NCBI GenBank assembly: GCA_044869265.1
Contig: JBIOXD010000021.1
Span: 2,748-66,747 of the forward strand
From: Gemmatimonadales bacterium
GTDB taxonomy: Bacteria > Gemmatimonadota > Gemmatimonadetes > Gemmatimonadales > GWC2-71-9
Reading direction: 5' to 3'
DNA: 64,000 nucleotides
Below, piece after piece: positions 16,401 to 23,672 of this stretch (the stretch's first letter is position 1; every line of letters begins with the position of its first letter). A program made the translations under genes and the position numbers. The notes under the pieces were generated by a model. That model made no database searches. It was not told the DNA's origin and worked only from the letters and a program-made list of their open reading frames with translations.

Positions 16401-16735
16401 CCATGGCACTGCGTACTCAAAAAGAGATTGAGACGCTGACTGGACGCGGAAAACGCCTTCACACGCATGGAGGCATCGCGGCTAAGCTCGAGGTTCTACA
16501 AACCTTCCATGAGAGTGGAGCGACGGCGGCCATGGTCTTAGCGCGAGAGCGAAAAAATTTCTTCAAGAGTCGTGTGCCGCTTTTCTATCTCGACGCCTTG
16601 GCGGCATGCGCATGGGCAGAGAGACTGGGCACGGGGACATACTCATGCGAAACCACCGAAGAACTCAAGGTTTTCGAAACGTGGGGCGCGGTTGGCAAGC
16701 GCGCGTTGCTCCAGGCACAAGGTTTCATCACCTAA
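13445..16735 (+). CDS. Large SARP/AfsR-like STAND regulator: winged helix + BTAD + P-loop NTPase + TPR-like repeats
   Basis: 1096 aa. The N-terminus is HCLGGPALFTAAGEQVRFRTRKHFALLIRLAL. The BTAD region is ATKLQELDPLSEEGIRGVMEARAW...ALKAFARYETRLAEELG. Walker A is VVVTSDPGVGKTTL and Walker B is VMLVIDDIHAAD. A long helical-repeat C-terminus follows. Confidence 0.85.
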   Translation: MIHHFSLHCLGGPALFTAAGEQVRFRTRKHFALLIRLALDAGKHFTRDYLADLLWPDVAPKFANHSLAQGLSVIKAKIAREAVVIERARVGLAAGWIDVDALHLSDGAVRIDGPFLDSFDIPTARPFEEWKDEHRARLVPQMRDCLVRLMDAARRIGDFATVERHATKLQELDPLSEEGIRGVMEARAWASDRSSALKAFARYETRLAEELGAKPGADLVRMADLLRDGRRGPRPAVAGYPPPRVDRRFEPETLIGREREFSVLYDAWLAARRKNPRIVVVTSDPGVGKTTLVNAFASTCQMDGAVVARAQAYDAERELPFAVLGELVKQLAIQRAIGSADPEALSELTRISGEILRQFPGVPKPVEWSPELMPLRLADAFLKTLLAAAIDSPVMLVIDDIHAADNASTAILHAVARKLVDARVLVILAGRIGELRLTSAPEALTSDESLSGLFCLELDVLSNESSELLVKGLAIESGKIDPPLDRVLRASAGNPLALELLTREWISRGSTSLLRDLEALNTQPAVTLGIPRAIGRIFERQCRRLDGKTRTVLDTAAILGRRLSDCGLYAASGITPGYAAEALSRLVDDGILREVRGDLEFRNELIRAQAYYSVAGPVRRDLHGRVADLLSQRGKETPPNLEIGWHYIRAGLPQSAAAFALDGAQEALANGAPAEAQQILETLLSFEHAEDVSKRMQLLLAKALLERSEAAKAMPLLETLSQRASLSPRELAETTRLFSNAEFLLAKSPKNLRVAAAKRAVEAAENTGETELVLKALLEFARTCKNLGDDIGMRQVRHRTAEIIDSGEHTASAYLTIAYCDYYTYETHSALDALEKAARLNEKDLAQLSFAYGGMGVCHHLLCDFPNALTHLHKSLELAERIGDDSRVSRILSNLTTTSTTLGRYEEAIKLGRRSVELGKRSISQPELLTAYTNLGDAYFLIGDRERAAECLEDAKEWIATHDDWHMTVVFLFENAVRTLATGNVAMALRTQKEIETLTGRGKRLHTHGGIAAKLEVLQTFHESGATAAMVLARERKNFFKSRVPLFYLDALAACAWAERLGTGTYSCETTEELKVFETWGAVGKRALLQAQGFIT

Positions 16736-16750
16736 CGCACGCCTTTACGG

Positions 16751-18112
16751 CTACGCGCGGATTCTAAGCGCTCGCAAGCCTTCCTTGATGCTTCGGGGGA
16801 CTGTTGGTTCCGGGGCTACCTGCGGACCGAGGAGCCTCCTGATTCCCTGAGAATTCGCAACCAGGTCCACCAGTCGGGGATCGAATTGACGTCCTGAATA
16901 CCTGTGTAGTTCCTCGATGGCCCTTTGAAGGGGAAGGGCCTTACGGTACGGCCTATCTGTTGTCATCGCATCAATTGTATCAGCAATCATGATGATCCGC
17001 GCCCCCATTGGGATTTGTTCACCAGAGAGACCGTCGGGATAGCCAGTTCCGTCGAAGTTCTCGTGATGGTGACGAATCATCAGTTCAACCGCTCCACGCA
17101 ACCGAGCGGCTGTTGCAACCAGCTCTGCGCTTCGTACCACGTGGCTGCGCATGATAATCACTTCCTCAGGAGCTAGACGACCCTCCTTTCTCAGCAGGGG
17201 CGCAAATTCCTCGTAAATCTTGCCGACGTCGTGCAGTAATGCCGCTCTCTTTACACTGTCGAGATCGGCACTAGACAATCGCAGTTCACGGCCGATGACG
17301 ACCGCATACTCGGCAACACGGCGCGAATGGCCCGACGTATAAGGATCTCTCGCCTCCATCGCCTTGACCATCAGCTCTAGCTTTTCCTCAAGCTCTTCCT
17401 GTAGCTGCAGGTTCTGCTGATATAGCTGCCGAGCTAAGAATAATGGAAAGATAATGACAGCGAGGCCGAGCAACTGAAGTTTGACGTAAAGGAAGGCGAG
17501 CAGAATTGCAAGTGTGCTCGCCAAGAGATCGGTTCTGAGTGCGCTGCCGCTAATGCGACCCCATGCCTCCCGAACTGAAACCCCTCTGCTCGAGAACGAG
17601 ACTGCAAGCGACACGCTTCCGTGATTCACCAGAAAGAAAGTGATCACCAAAGCCACAAACGGGATGAGCGAGAAAGAGAACTCGTCTAAGCTTACTGTGC
17701 CCCCCAACTTCTCATACACCATCGTGCCCAAGCCTACAGCCAGCATGTACTGGGCAGTGTTGTACCAGACGCGAATCGTCGGCTTCCGGCGGACGACGGC
17801 ATCTACCGTTAGCGCTGTGATCCCGCTCGCCAGCATCGGCCAAGGATGTTCGAGAATTGCGATGGATGCCAAGAACGGAATGAAACCGACTGACGTGTTG
17901 ACTCGTGCAAAGGGGATTCTGAAAAAGAACGAATCGCAGATAATGCTCAGAAGAGTGAATGCAGCAAAGGCATTCCAGAAACGCGATGGAAACGGCGCCG
18001 GGCTGTGCCAAGTGACTGACAACAGAATACCCGCCGACGCAGCAGTCACTGCGCCGACGAGCACATAAATCCGCAGGCTCAGAAGTCTCTCTCTCAAGCT
18101 CACCCGGATCAT
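16751..18112 (-). CDS. Membrane-anchored HD-GYP domain protein (putative c-di-GMP phosphodiesterase)
   Basis: The N-terminal half is multi-TM. The C-terminal part has HSRRVAEYA, LLHDVGK and HHENFDGTGYPDGL (HD...GYP). Confidence 0.85.
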   Translation of the reverse strand: MIRVSLRERLLSLRIYVLVGAVTAASAGILLSVTWHSPAPFPSRFWNAFAAFTLLSIICDSFFFRIPFARVNTSVGFIPFLASIAILEHPWPMLASGITALTVDAVVRRKPTIRVWYNTAQYMLAVGLGTMVYEKLGGTVSLDEFSFSLIPFVALVITFFLVNHGSVSLAVSFSSRGVSVREAWGRISGSALRTDLLASTLAILLAFLYVKLQLLGLAVIIFPLFLARQLYQQNLQLQEELEEKLELMVKAMEARDPYTSGHSRRVAEYAVVIGRELRLSSADLDSVKRAALLHDVGKIYEEFAPLLRKEGRLAPEEVIIMRSHVVRSAELVATAARLRGAVELMIRHHHENFDGTGYPDGLSGEQIPMGARIIMIADTIDAMTTDRPYRKALPLQRAIEELHRYSGRQFDPRLVDLVANSQGIRRLLGPQVAPEPTVPRSIKEGLRALRIRA

Positions 18113-18388
18113 CCCAAAATGTGAAGACTGGGGGGGCCCAAGTCCTCGCTACCAACCGACAAGACCCTCTGCGAAAAACAACTTCGCGACTGCCGTGAAC
18201 AGAAAAGCGAGCAGTTGCAACATCGAGCGTCTCACCTCCTCGTAGGGTCCAGCGAGTTGTTACAGCCTCGCCTAGGAGTGGCACGCCTCTCTATGGCGTA
18301 CCCGACGCTTCGCTCGTCTACTGTTCGCTCTGCTCCGCTCTAGCTAGCGGTGATCAGGGGCCCCCTGTTTTGACTGTCGTCCTGCAGA

Positions 18389-18988
18389 CTATGCAACTTT
18401 CCGCGCCTGCAACGCACGACGCATCGCCTCGATAACCACCTCCATTCCATCGGCCTTATTGACGATGGCCCGGACACCGAGACGCCGTAGATCATTTTCG
18501 GCTTTTGCGGGCATTCCGCCCGTGACGATGATCACCAGCGCCGTGAGACCTTTCGACGTGTCCACGAGCCGCTCCACCACCTGTACCGCGTTGAGATCGG
18601 GCAGCGCGTAGTCGAGCACAACTAAATCAGGTTGCACGCGACCGATCTCGAGCAAGCCATCCACGCCCGTCGACGACTCGATCATGTCGAGATCCGGCAT
18701 CTCGCGCTCCACCGTCCGCACCAGCGCCTTCAGATAGCCCGGATCATCCTCCACCACGACCACCGCCAGGCGCTCTCCCGCCGCCGCCAGTTCCGTCGGC
18801 ACCGCCATCCCGTGCGCGTTCAAAAACTCCACCAAATCCCCTGACTCGACCCGCCGCCGACCAGTCGGGGTCCGATGCCCCTTGAGGTGCCCCTGATCGA
18901 TCCAGCTCGCAACAGTCGCCGGCGTCACCTGCAGGGCGCGCGCGACTCGCTGCGTCCCCCAATACCGTTTTGTTTTGACCGAATTCAC
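18389..18988 (-). CDS. Excisionase/MerR-type HTH fused to a response-regulator receiver domain
   Basis: WGTQRVARALQVTPATVASWIDQGHLKGHRTPTGRRRV is the HTH. The receiver is LAVVVVEDDPGYLKAL...PDLVVLDYALPDLNAV...VIIVTG...KAD. Confidence 0.7.
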   Translation of the reverse strand: MNSVKTKRYWGTQRVARALQVTPATVASWIDQGHLKGHRTPTGRRRVESGDLVEFLNAHGMAVPTELAAAGERLAVVVVEDDPGYLKALVRTVEREMPDLDMIESSTGVDGLLEIGRVQPDLVVLDYALPDLNAVQVVERLVDTSKGLTALVIIVTGGMPAKAENDLRRLGVRAIVNKADGMEVVIEAMRRALQARKVA

Positions 18989-19075
18989 GAAACCCGTAAT
19001 ACCGCCAGAATGACAAACTCGCTAGATGGGTTTAACCCTTAAGGGGGAGACAGGTGGGAGGCGGGAAGTCAACTA

Positions 19076-19106
19076 CCAAGACGCCAAGGCGCCAAGACGC
19101 CCTAAG
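19076..19106. repeat. Octanucleotide tandem repeat CCAAGACG/CCAAGGCG/CCAAGACG followed by CCCTAAG
   Basis: Read directly in the intergenic spacer between 19134 (stop) and 18988 (start). Confidence 0.7.
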
Positions 19107-19133
19107 TGGTTATAAAGGGTCAGGTTACAGAAG

Positions 19134-19856
19134 CTAACGGCGGGCGTCGACCCAGCGGTTCGTCGCGTCCAACACCGCGAGCACCGCGCTGCGCTCGGGC
19201 GCTTCTCTGATTTCGCACGTTCCGGTGAGAAGCTGAGCTTCGCGGCCCCCGAGTCCGTGCACAGCGACGAGGACGAACTTGCGATCGAAGGCGCCGATCA
19301 AAGTGACGCCCTCGAGTGCCAATGAATTATCGGGCAGGAGGTCGTCGAGACACGTCGTCGCCGCGCGCGCCGCCGCCTCCACCCGATTGCGCAACGTATC
19401 CGTGGCGACCTCCTCGGCGTGCGCCTCCTTCTCGCCGAATCCGAGCTTCACGCGCACCAGCACACGCTGCTGACGCTCCGCCGGCCGCACCTCGAGAGTC
19501 TTGAACACCACCACGCGGTGCTTCGAGCGCTCGCTGATTGCTTCTTCCTGCAACGCCTCGATCGGCCGTACGTCCGCCGTCTGCGCGACGCTGATCTTGC
19601 GATGATCGATTTTGAAACCGAGCTGCGCCATCAACGCCGACTCGATGTTGCGCACCACCTGCTTGGGCTGGACACCGGCGCGCGTGAGCACGTGCACTTC
19701 GCTCACCTCACCGAGCGGCGTCACTACCACCCGCGCCGACAGCACTCCCGTCAGCGTGGTGATGAGATTCTCGACCCGCTTCATTCCCCACGGATCGGGT
19801 TGGCCCGGCGCGCCCGGCGGGCCCAAGGGCAGCGGCTCCTGTGGATTGGATGTCAC
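19134..19856 (-). CDS. Unknown 240-aa protein translationally coupled to the GGDEF gene
   Basis: The GTG start overlaps the upstream TGA (GTGA at 19853..19856). GC-rich third codon positions. No motif recognised. Confidence 0.55.
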   Translation of the reverse strand: MTSNPQEPLPLGPPGAPGQPDPWGMKRVENLITTLTGVLSARVVVTPLGEVSEVHVLTRAGVQPKQVVRNIESALMAQLGFKIDHRKISVAQTADVRPIEALQEEAISERSKHRVVVFKTLEVRPAERQQRVLVRVKLGFGEKEAHAEEVATDTLRNRVEAAARAATTCLDDLLPDNSLALEGVTLIGAFDRKFVLVAVHGLGGREAQLLTGTCEIREAPERSAVLAVLDATNRWVDARR

Positions 19857-21565
19857 GTCGCAGATTTCTCCTCTCCTGACATGGCAACCCGGTTTCGGCC
19901 GCCGGCCTTCGCGCGATATAGCGCGCGATCGGCCGCGACCAGCACGTCCTCATCCCGCTTCTCTGGACCGTACTCGGCCACTCCAACGCTCGCCGTTACG
20001 AACCCGCTTGGATAACCCAGCCCTACGCCCTGCTGCTCGACCGCGAGGCGCATCTTCTCGGCGACGACGCGCGCGCCGTCCACGCCGGTCCCCACCAGGA
20101 TTATCACAAATTCGTCCCCGCCGTATCGTCCCGCAACGTCGGTCAGGCGAATGTGTTTGTCACACTCGCGCGCCGTCGCCTTGAGCAGCGCGTTCCCCGC
20201 CTCGTGCCCATAGCCGTCGTTCACCCGCTTGAAATTGTCGAGATCGAGGAACAGTACCGCGAACCGGTCTCCCGTACGGTGGCACCGCGCGACTTCGTTC
20301 GCTAGACGGTCGCGCAACACGCGGAACGACGCAAGCCCCGTGAGCGCGTCGATCGCCGCCTGCTGCTGCGCCAGCTCGGCCTGGCGCTCGAGGTAGCGCG
20401 GACAGGACTTCAGGGTCGTCCGACCCTTCGCCGCCGCCACGGCGAACTCCTGGCAGGTCTTGTAGCCGCACGCCCCCGAATCCCACGGCCGGCCGTTGGG
20501 AGCGAGCCCGATTTGCACCAGGATCGACTCCACCGCCTCGACTGTCGGGCCCACGCCGTTCATTTCGACCTCGAATGCCGCCCCGACCCGGATCTCGACC
20601 CCTTCCTTGAGCACGGGGGCGGCAGCCCGTGGCGGCTCGGTGGCCCCCACGATCGCCCGACGCCGGAACAGCTCCTCCTTGGGGCCTAGCAGGGGGTGGT
20701 CCAGGCAGCCCTCGCACGGCAGGATGTCGATGAAGCCGAGGTCGATTCGGTCCGTGCCGACCGCCCGGGCGATCCCCTCGAGCGCCGCCAGCCCCCGGAC
20801 CTTGCGGAACCGGCGGGAGGCGTGCCGCTCCTCTTTCAACAATTCGAGCGGGAGCCCCCCGGCCGTGCTCCAGAAGCGGCGTCGCTCTTCGGGAATGCGG
20901 CTGAAGAAGAGGGGCTGATCCTGAACCCGTACCCCCCTTTTCCTTAGTAACGATTCGAGCTCGGCGAGCGTGATCGCAGCATCGACGTCCTCCCCACCCT
21001 CGGTGAGGCACACCCCCGCGTACACGACCGGCGTATCCTCGCCGTAGAGCGCTTTGAGATACCGGGCCTCCGCCGCGATCGGCGTGGACACAGGGGCGAG
21101 GTGCGGGATCAGCTCGGGGTACTGGTTGCGGATCGTTTCGACGATGACGGGACACGTACTCCGGATTACCGTCCCGCGCTCCCCCCACCCCTCCTCGGCC
21201 CAGAGGTCCAGGTACTCCTTGGCCACCAGCTCGTCCCCCAGCACGCCGCGGTGCACGACGGAGAAGCCGGCGGCGTAGCAGGCGTTAACGACCTGCTCCG
21301 GCGTGGTCGGATAGAAGTAGGCGGCCGATTCGACTGACAGAATGAGCACGGCTTTGCGGCTCTGCGCGAGATCAAGCGCGCGGGTCGAGTCGCCGACGGC
21401 AATGATGGCTTCGTGGGGACACGCGGGGACGCAGAGGCCGACGCGGGTACAGGCCTCCGCGACAATCCAGACTTTCTGATCTTCGACCGCTACGGCGTCC
21501 GAGGGGCAGACTCGCACGCAGGCCAAGCATGCGACGCACAACTCGGGGTCGATTTTGTAGTCCAC
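19853..21565 (-). CDS. Fe-S / [FeFe]-hydrogenase-like sensory domain protein fused to a GGDEF diguanylate cyclase
   Basis: Two ferredoxin-type motifs (CVACLACVRVCP, CTRVGLCVPACP). Hydrogenase-large-subunit-like region with degenerate H-cluster motifs (RSTCPV, DILPCEGCLDH). Extra Cys motif SGACGYKTCQEF...LKSCP. C-terminal GGDEF (RYGGDEFVIIL). Confidence 0.75.
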   Translation of the reverse strand: MDYKIDPELCVACLACVRVCPSDAVAVEDQKVWIVAEACTRVGLCVPACPHEAIIAVGDSTRALDLAQSRKAVLILSVESAAYFYPTTPEQVVNACYAAGFSVVHRGVLGDELVAKEYLDLWAEEGWGERGTVIRSTCPVIVETIRNQYPELIPHLAPVSTPIAAEARYLKALYGEDTPVVYAGVCLTEGGEDVDAAITLAELESLLRKRGVRVQDQPLFFSRIPEERRRFWSTAGGLPLELLKEERHASRRFRKVRGLAALEGIARAVGTDRIDLGFIDILPCEGCLDHPLLGPKEELFRRRAIVGATEPPRAAAPVLKEGVEIRVGAAFEVEMNGVGPTVEAVESILVQIGLAPNGRPWDSGACGYKTCQEFAVAAAKGRTTLKSCPRYLERQAELAQQQAAIDALTGLASFRVLRDRLANEVARCHRTGDRFAVLFLDLDNFKRVNDGYGHEAGNALLKATARECDKHIRLTDVAGRYGGDEFVIILVGTGVDGARVVAEKMRLAVEQQGVGLGYPSGFVTASVGVAEYGPEKRDEDVLVAADRALYRAKAGGRNRVAMSGEEKSAT

Positions 21566-21598
21566 GCCGACTCTTGGATTAGGGTGGCAGGGCCGACG

Positions 21599-23170
21599 CT
21601 AATCTATGGCGTATTCCTTCAATTTCCTATAGAGCGTGCGCTCACCGATGCCGAGCGTCTCGGCGGCTTTGCGCCGGTTGCCACGCGTCTCGCGCAGCGC
21701 GGCGTCGATGGCCGCTCGCTCGACGTCCGACATGGACATCCCCGGCTTGTAGATGACGTGCCCCCCGTTTTGCTGCGGGCTCCCTTCGAGTGGATCGACG
21801 CTGGCCTCGAGGTGCCGGCTCCCGGCACCGGGCTCCCGGCTTCCGGCTCCGACCTCGATGACCTCGACGCGCTCGGCGGGCCGGTCCTCGATTCTCTGGC
21901 GGAGCGCCTCCAACTGCATTTTCAGCTCTACCAACGTCCGGAAGATGAACTCCAACTCCTGACTCCCCCCCCCGGCTCCTGACTCCTGACGCATGGGACT
22001 CGGGATGCGGACCGGCAGCGTACGAGTCCGCTCGCGCACGTCGGGTGGGATGTCGCTGTCGCGAATCTCCCCCTCGGGCGCAAGGACGACCATCGACTCG
22101 ATGAGGTTCTTGAGCTGGCGCACGTTGCCGGGCCAGTCGGCCTCGACCAAGATCTGCGTCGCTTCGGGCGTGATCCCCTTGAACTGGCGATCGTGCGTCC
22201 GTGCGAACTCGGCGATAAAGGTGCGGACGAGCAGCGGGATGTCGCTGCGCCGCTCGCGCAGCGGCGGCAAGTAGACCGAGAGCACGTTCAACCGGAAGAA
22301 CAGGTCGTCGCGGAACCGCCCGAGCGCCACCGCCTCCTTCAGCGATTGATTGGTGGCGGCAATGACCCGCACGTCGACCTGAATCGGCTGCGTCCCGCCC
22401 ACGCGGAAGAAGCTGCGGTCCTCCAGCACGCGCAGCAGCTTGACCTGTGTGGCGGGCGGCATCTCGCCGACCTCGTCGAGCAGGATCGTGCCGCCGTTGG
22501 CCAGCTCGAAGCGTCCCAGCCGGCGCTCGGCGGCGCCCGTGAATGCGCCCTTCTCGTGGCCGAACAGCTCGCTCTCGAGCAGTGTCTCGGGCAGTCCGGC
22601 GATGTTGACAGCGATGAATGGCTTGCCGCGCCGCGGTGACAAATCATGAATCGCCCGGGCGACCAGCTCTTTCCCCGTGCCCGACTCACCCTCGATCAGC
22701 ACCGTGGAGGTGACGGGGGCGATCTGCTCGGTTTTGACCAGGACTTCCTGGATCGCGGGCGATTCGCCGAGAATGCCCGTGCGCTGCTGTAGCCGGCGCC
22801 GCTCGATCAGCCGCCGCACGGTGCCGACGACCTCCATCGGATCGACCGGCTTCACGAGCCAGCCGGTCAGTCCGAGCTCACGGCCAACGCGCTTGGGATC
22901 GTCGGTCGGCTCCACCAGGCCGAGCGTCGAAACGGCGTGCTCGCGCGCGGCGGCGAGGAGCCGTTGGGCGGTCGATTCGTGCAGGCCGCCGCTGAGGATG
23001 ATTGCGTCGGGTTCCCTGCTCCCCGCTCCCGGCTCCCTGCTCCTAACAGCGGAGCGCACGTCATCCAGGGACGAAACCATCGCGGTATCGAATCCCGCCT
23101 GCTCCAGCGCGGCATTCACGCGGACGGCGTGTTCGAGGTCGTCTGTGGTGATGAGAACGCGGTCAGCCAT
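21599..23170 (-). CDS. Sigma-54-dependent response regulator (NtrC family) carrying in-frame repeat insertions
   Basis: Start reassigned to ATG 23170 (MADRVLITTDD...). The AAA+ domain has [21 protein letters not shown] and EVGEMP. The C-terminal HTH is AAETLGIGERTLYRKLKEY. Confidence 0.85.
   Translation of the reverse strand: MADRVLITTDDLEHAVRVNAALEQAGFDTAMVSSLDDVRSAVRSREPGAGSREPDAIILSGGLHESTAQRLLAAAREHAVSTLGLVEPTDDPKRVGRELGLTGWLVKPVDPMEVVGTVRRLIERRRLQQRTGILGESPAIQEVLVKTEQIAPVTSTVLIEGESGTGKELVARAIHDLSPRRGKPFIAVNIAGLPETLLESELFGHEKGAFTGAAERRLGRFELANGGTILLDEVGEMPPATQVKLLRVLEDRSFFRVGGTQPIQVDVRVIAATNQSLKEAVALGRFRDDLFFRLNVLSVYLPPLRERRSDIPLLVRTFIAEFARTHDRQFKGITPEATQILVEADWPGNVRQLKNLIESMVVLAPEGEIRDSDIPPDVRERTRTLPVRIPSPMRQESGAGGGSQELEFIFRTLVELKMQLEALRQRIEDRPAERVEVIEVGAGSREPGAGSRHLEASVDPLEGSPQQNGGHVIYKPGMSMSDVERAAIDAALRETRGNRRKAAETLGIGERTLYRKLKEYAID
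21816..21850. repeat. Five tandem heptamers (CGGCTCC-like; GGAGCCG on the coding strand) inside the sigma-54 regulator ORF
   Basis: CGGCTCC CGGCACC GGGCTCC CGGCTTC CGGCTCC read directly. Translated as ..GAGSREPGAGSR.. Confidence 0.75.
21966..21974. repeat. Homopolymeric C9 (G9 on the coding strand) inside the sigma-54 regulator ORF
   Basis: tgactCCCCCCCCCggctcc. Encodes ..SGAGGGSQ.. between the AAA+ domain and the HTH. Confidence 0.8.
23010..23044. repeat. Five tandem heptamers (NGCTCCC) inside the receiver domain of the same regulator
   Basis: GGTTCCC TGCTCCC CGCTCCC GGCTCCC TGCTCCT read directly. Translated as ..SREPGAGSREP.. Confidence 0.75.
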
Positions 23171-23672
23171 GAGCGTGCGTGGTGCGTGGTGCATGGTGCG
23201 TGGTGTTCGTGCCGCTCAGCAGATCCACAGCGTGATCCAGGAATTGCGCCAGCACCGCCAGTCCTTCGTTTACCCCCTGCGTCGATCCCGGGAGGTTCAC
23301 AATCAGGGTCTTGCCACGGGTTCCCGCCCGGCCGCGGGAGAGCCAAGCCCGGGGGAAGCTGGGGCCTGACGCCGCGCGCAGCGCCTCGGCGATGCCTGCG
23401 GCGTCGCGGTCGAGAATCGCCGCGGTCGCTTCAGGTGTGACATCGCGCTCCGTAAGGCCCGTGCCGCCCGTCGTCAGCACGACGTCCACCTCGTTGGAAT
23501 CGGCCCAGCGGGCGAGCTTGCCCGCGATGCGGTCGGTCTCATCGGCGACCACGCTCCGCACCACGACCTCATAACCGCGCTCGCCTGCCCACTCGAGGAT
23601 TGCGTCGCCGGAGGTGTCGGCACGTTGACCCACGGCGCCGAGATCCGAAATGGTGAGAATGCCGATTCTCAT
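23163..23672 (-). CDS. mogA: MogA/MoaB-family molybdopterin adenylyltransferase-like protein
   Basis: MRIGILTISD...VVLTTGGTGLTERDVTPEAT...LIVNLPGST. The C-terminal tail TTHHAPRTTHAHG is encoded by the GTGCGTG repeat. Confidence 0.75.
   Translation of the reverse strand: MRIGILTISDLGAVGQRADTSGDAILEWAGERGYEVVVRSVVADETDRIAGKLARWADSNEVDVVLTTGGTGLTERDVTPEATAAILDRDAAGIAEALRAASGPSFPRAWLSRGRAGTRGKTLIVNLPGSTQGVNEGLAVLAQFLDHAVDLLSGTNTTHHAPRTTHAHG
23173..23211. repeat. GTGCGTG heptanucleotide tandem array (~5 units)
   Basis: GCGTGCGTGGTGCGTGGTGCATGGTGCGTGGTGTTCGTG. It forms the mogA 3' end and abuts the regulator start codon at 23170. Confidence 0.8.
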
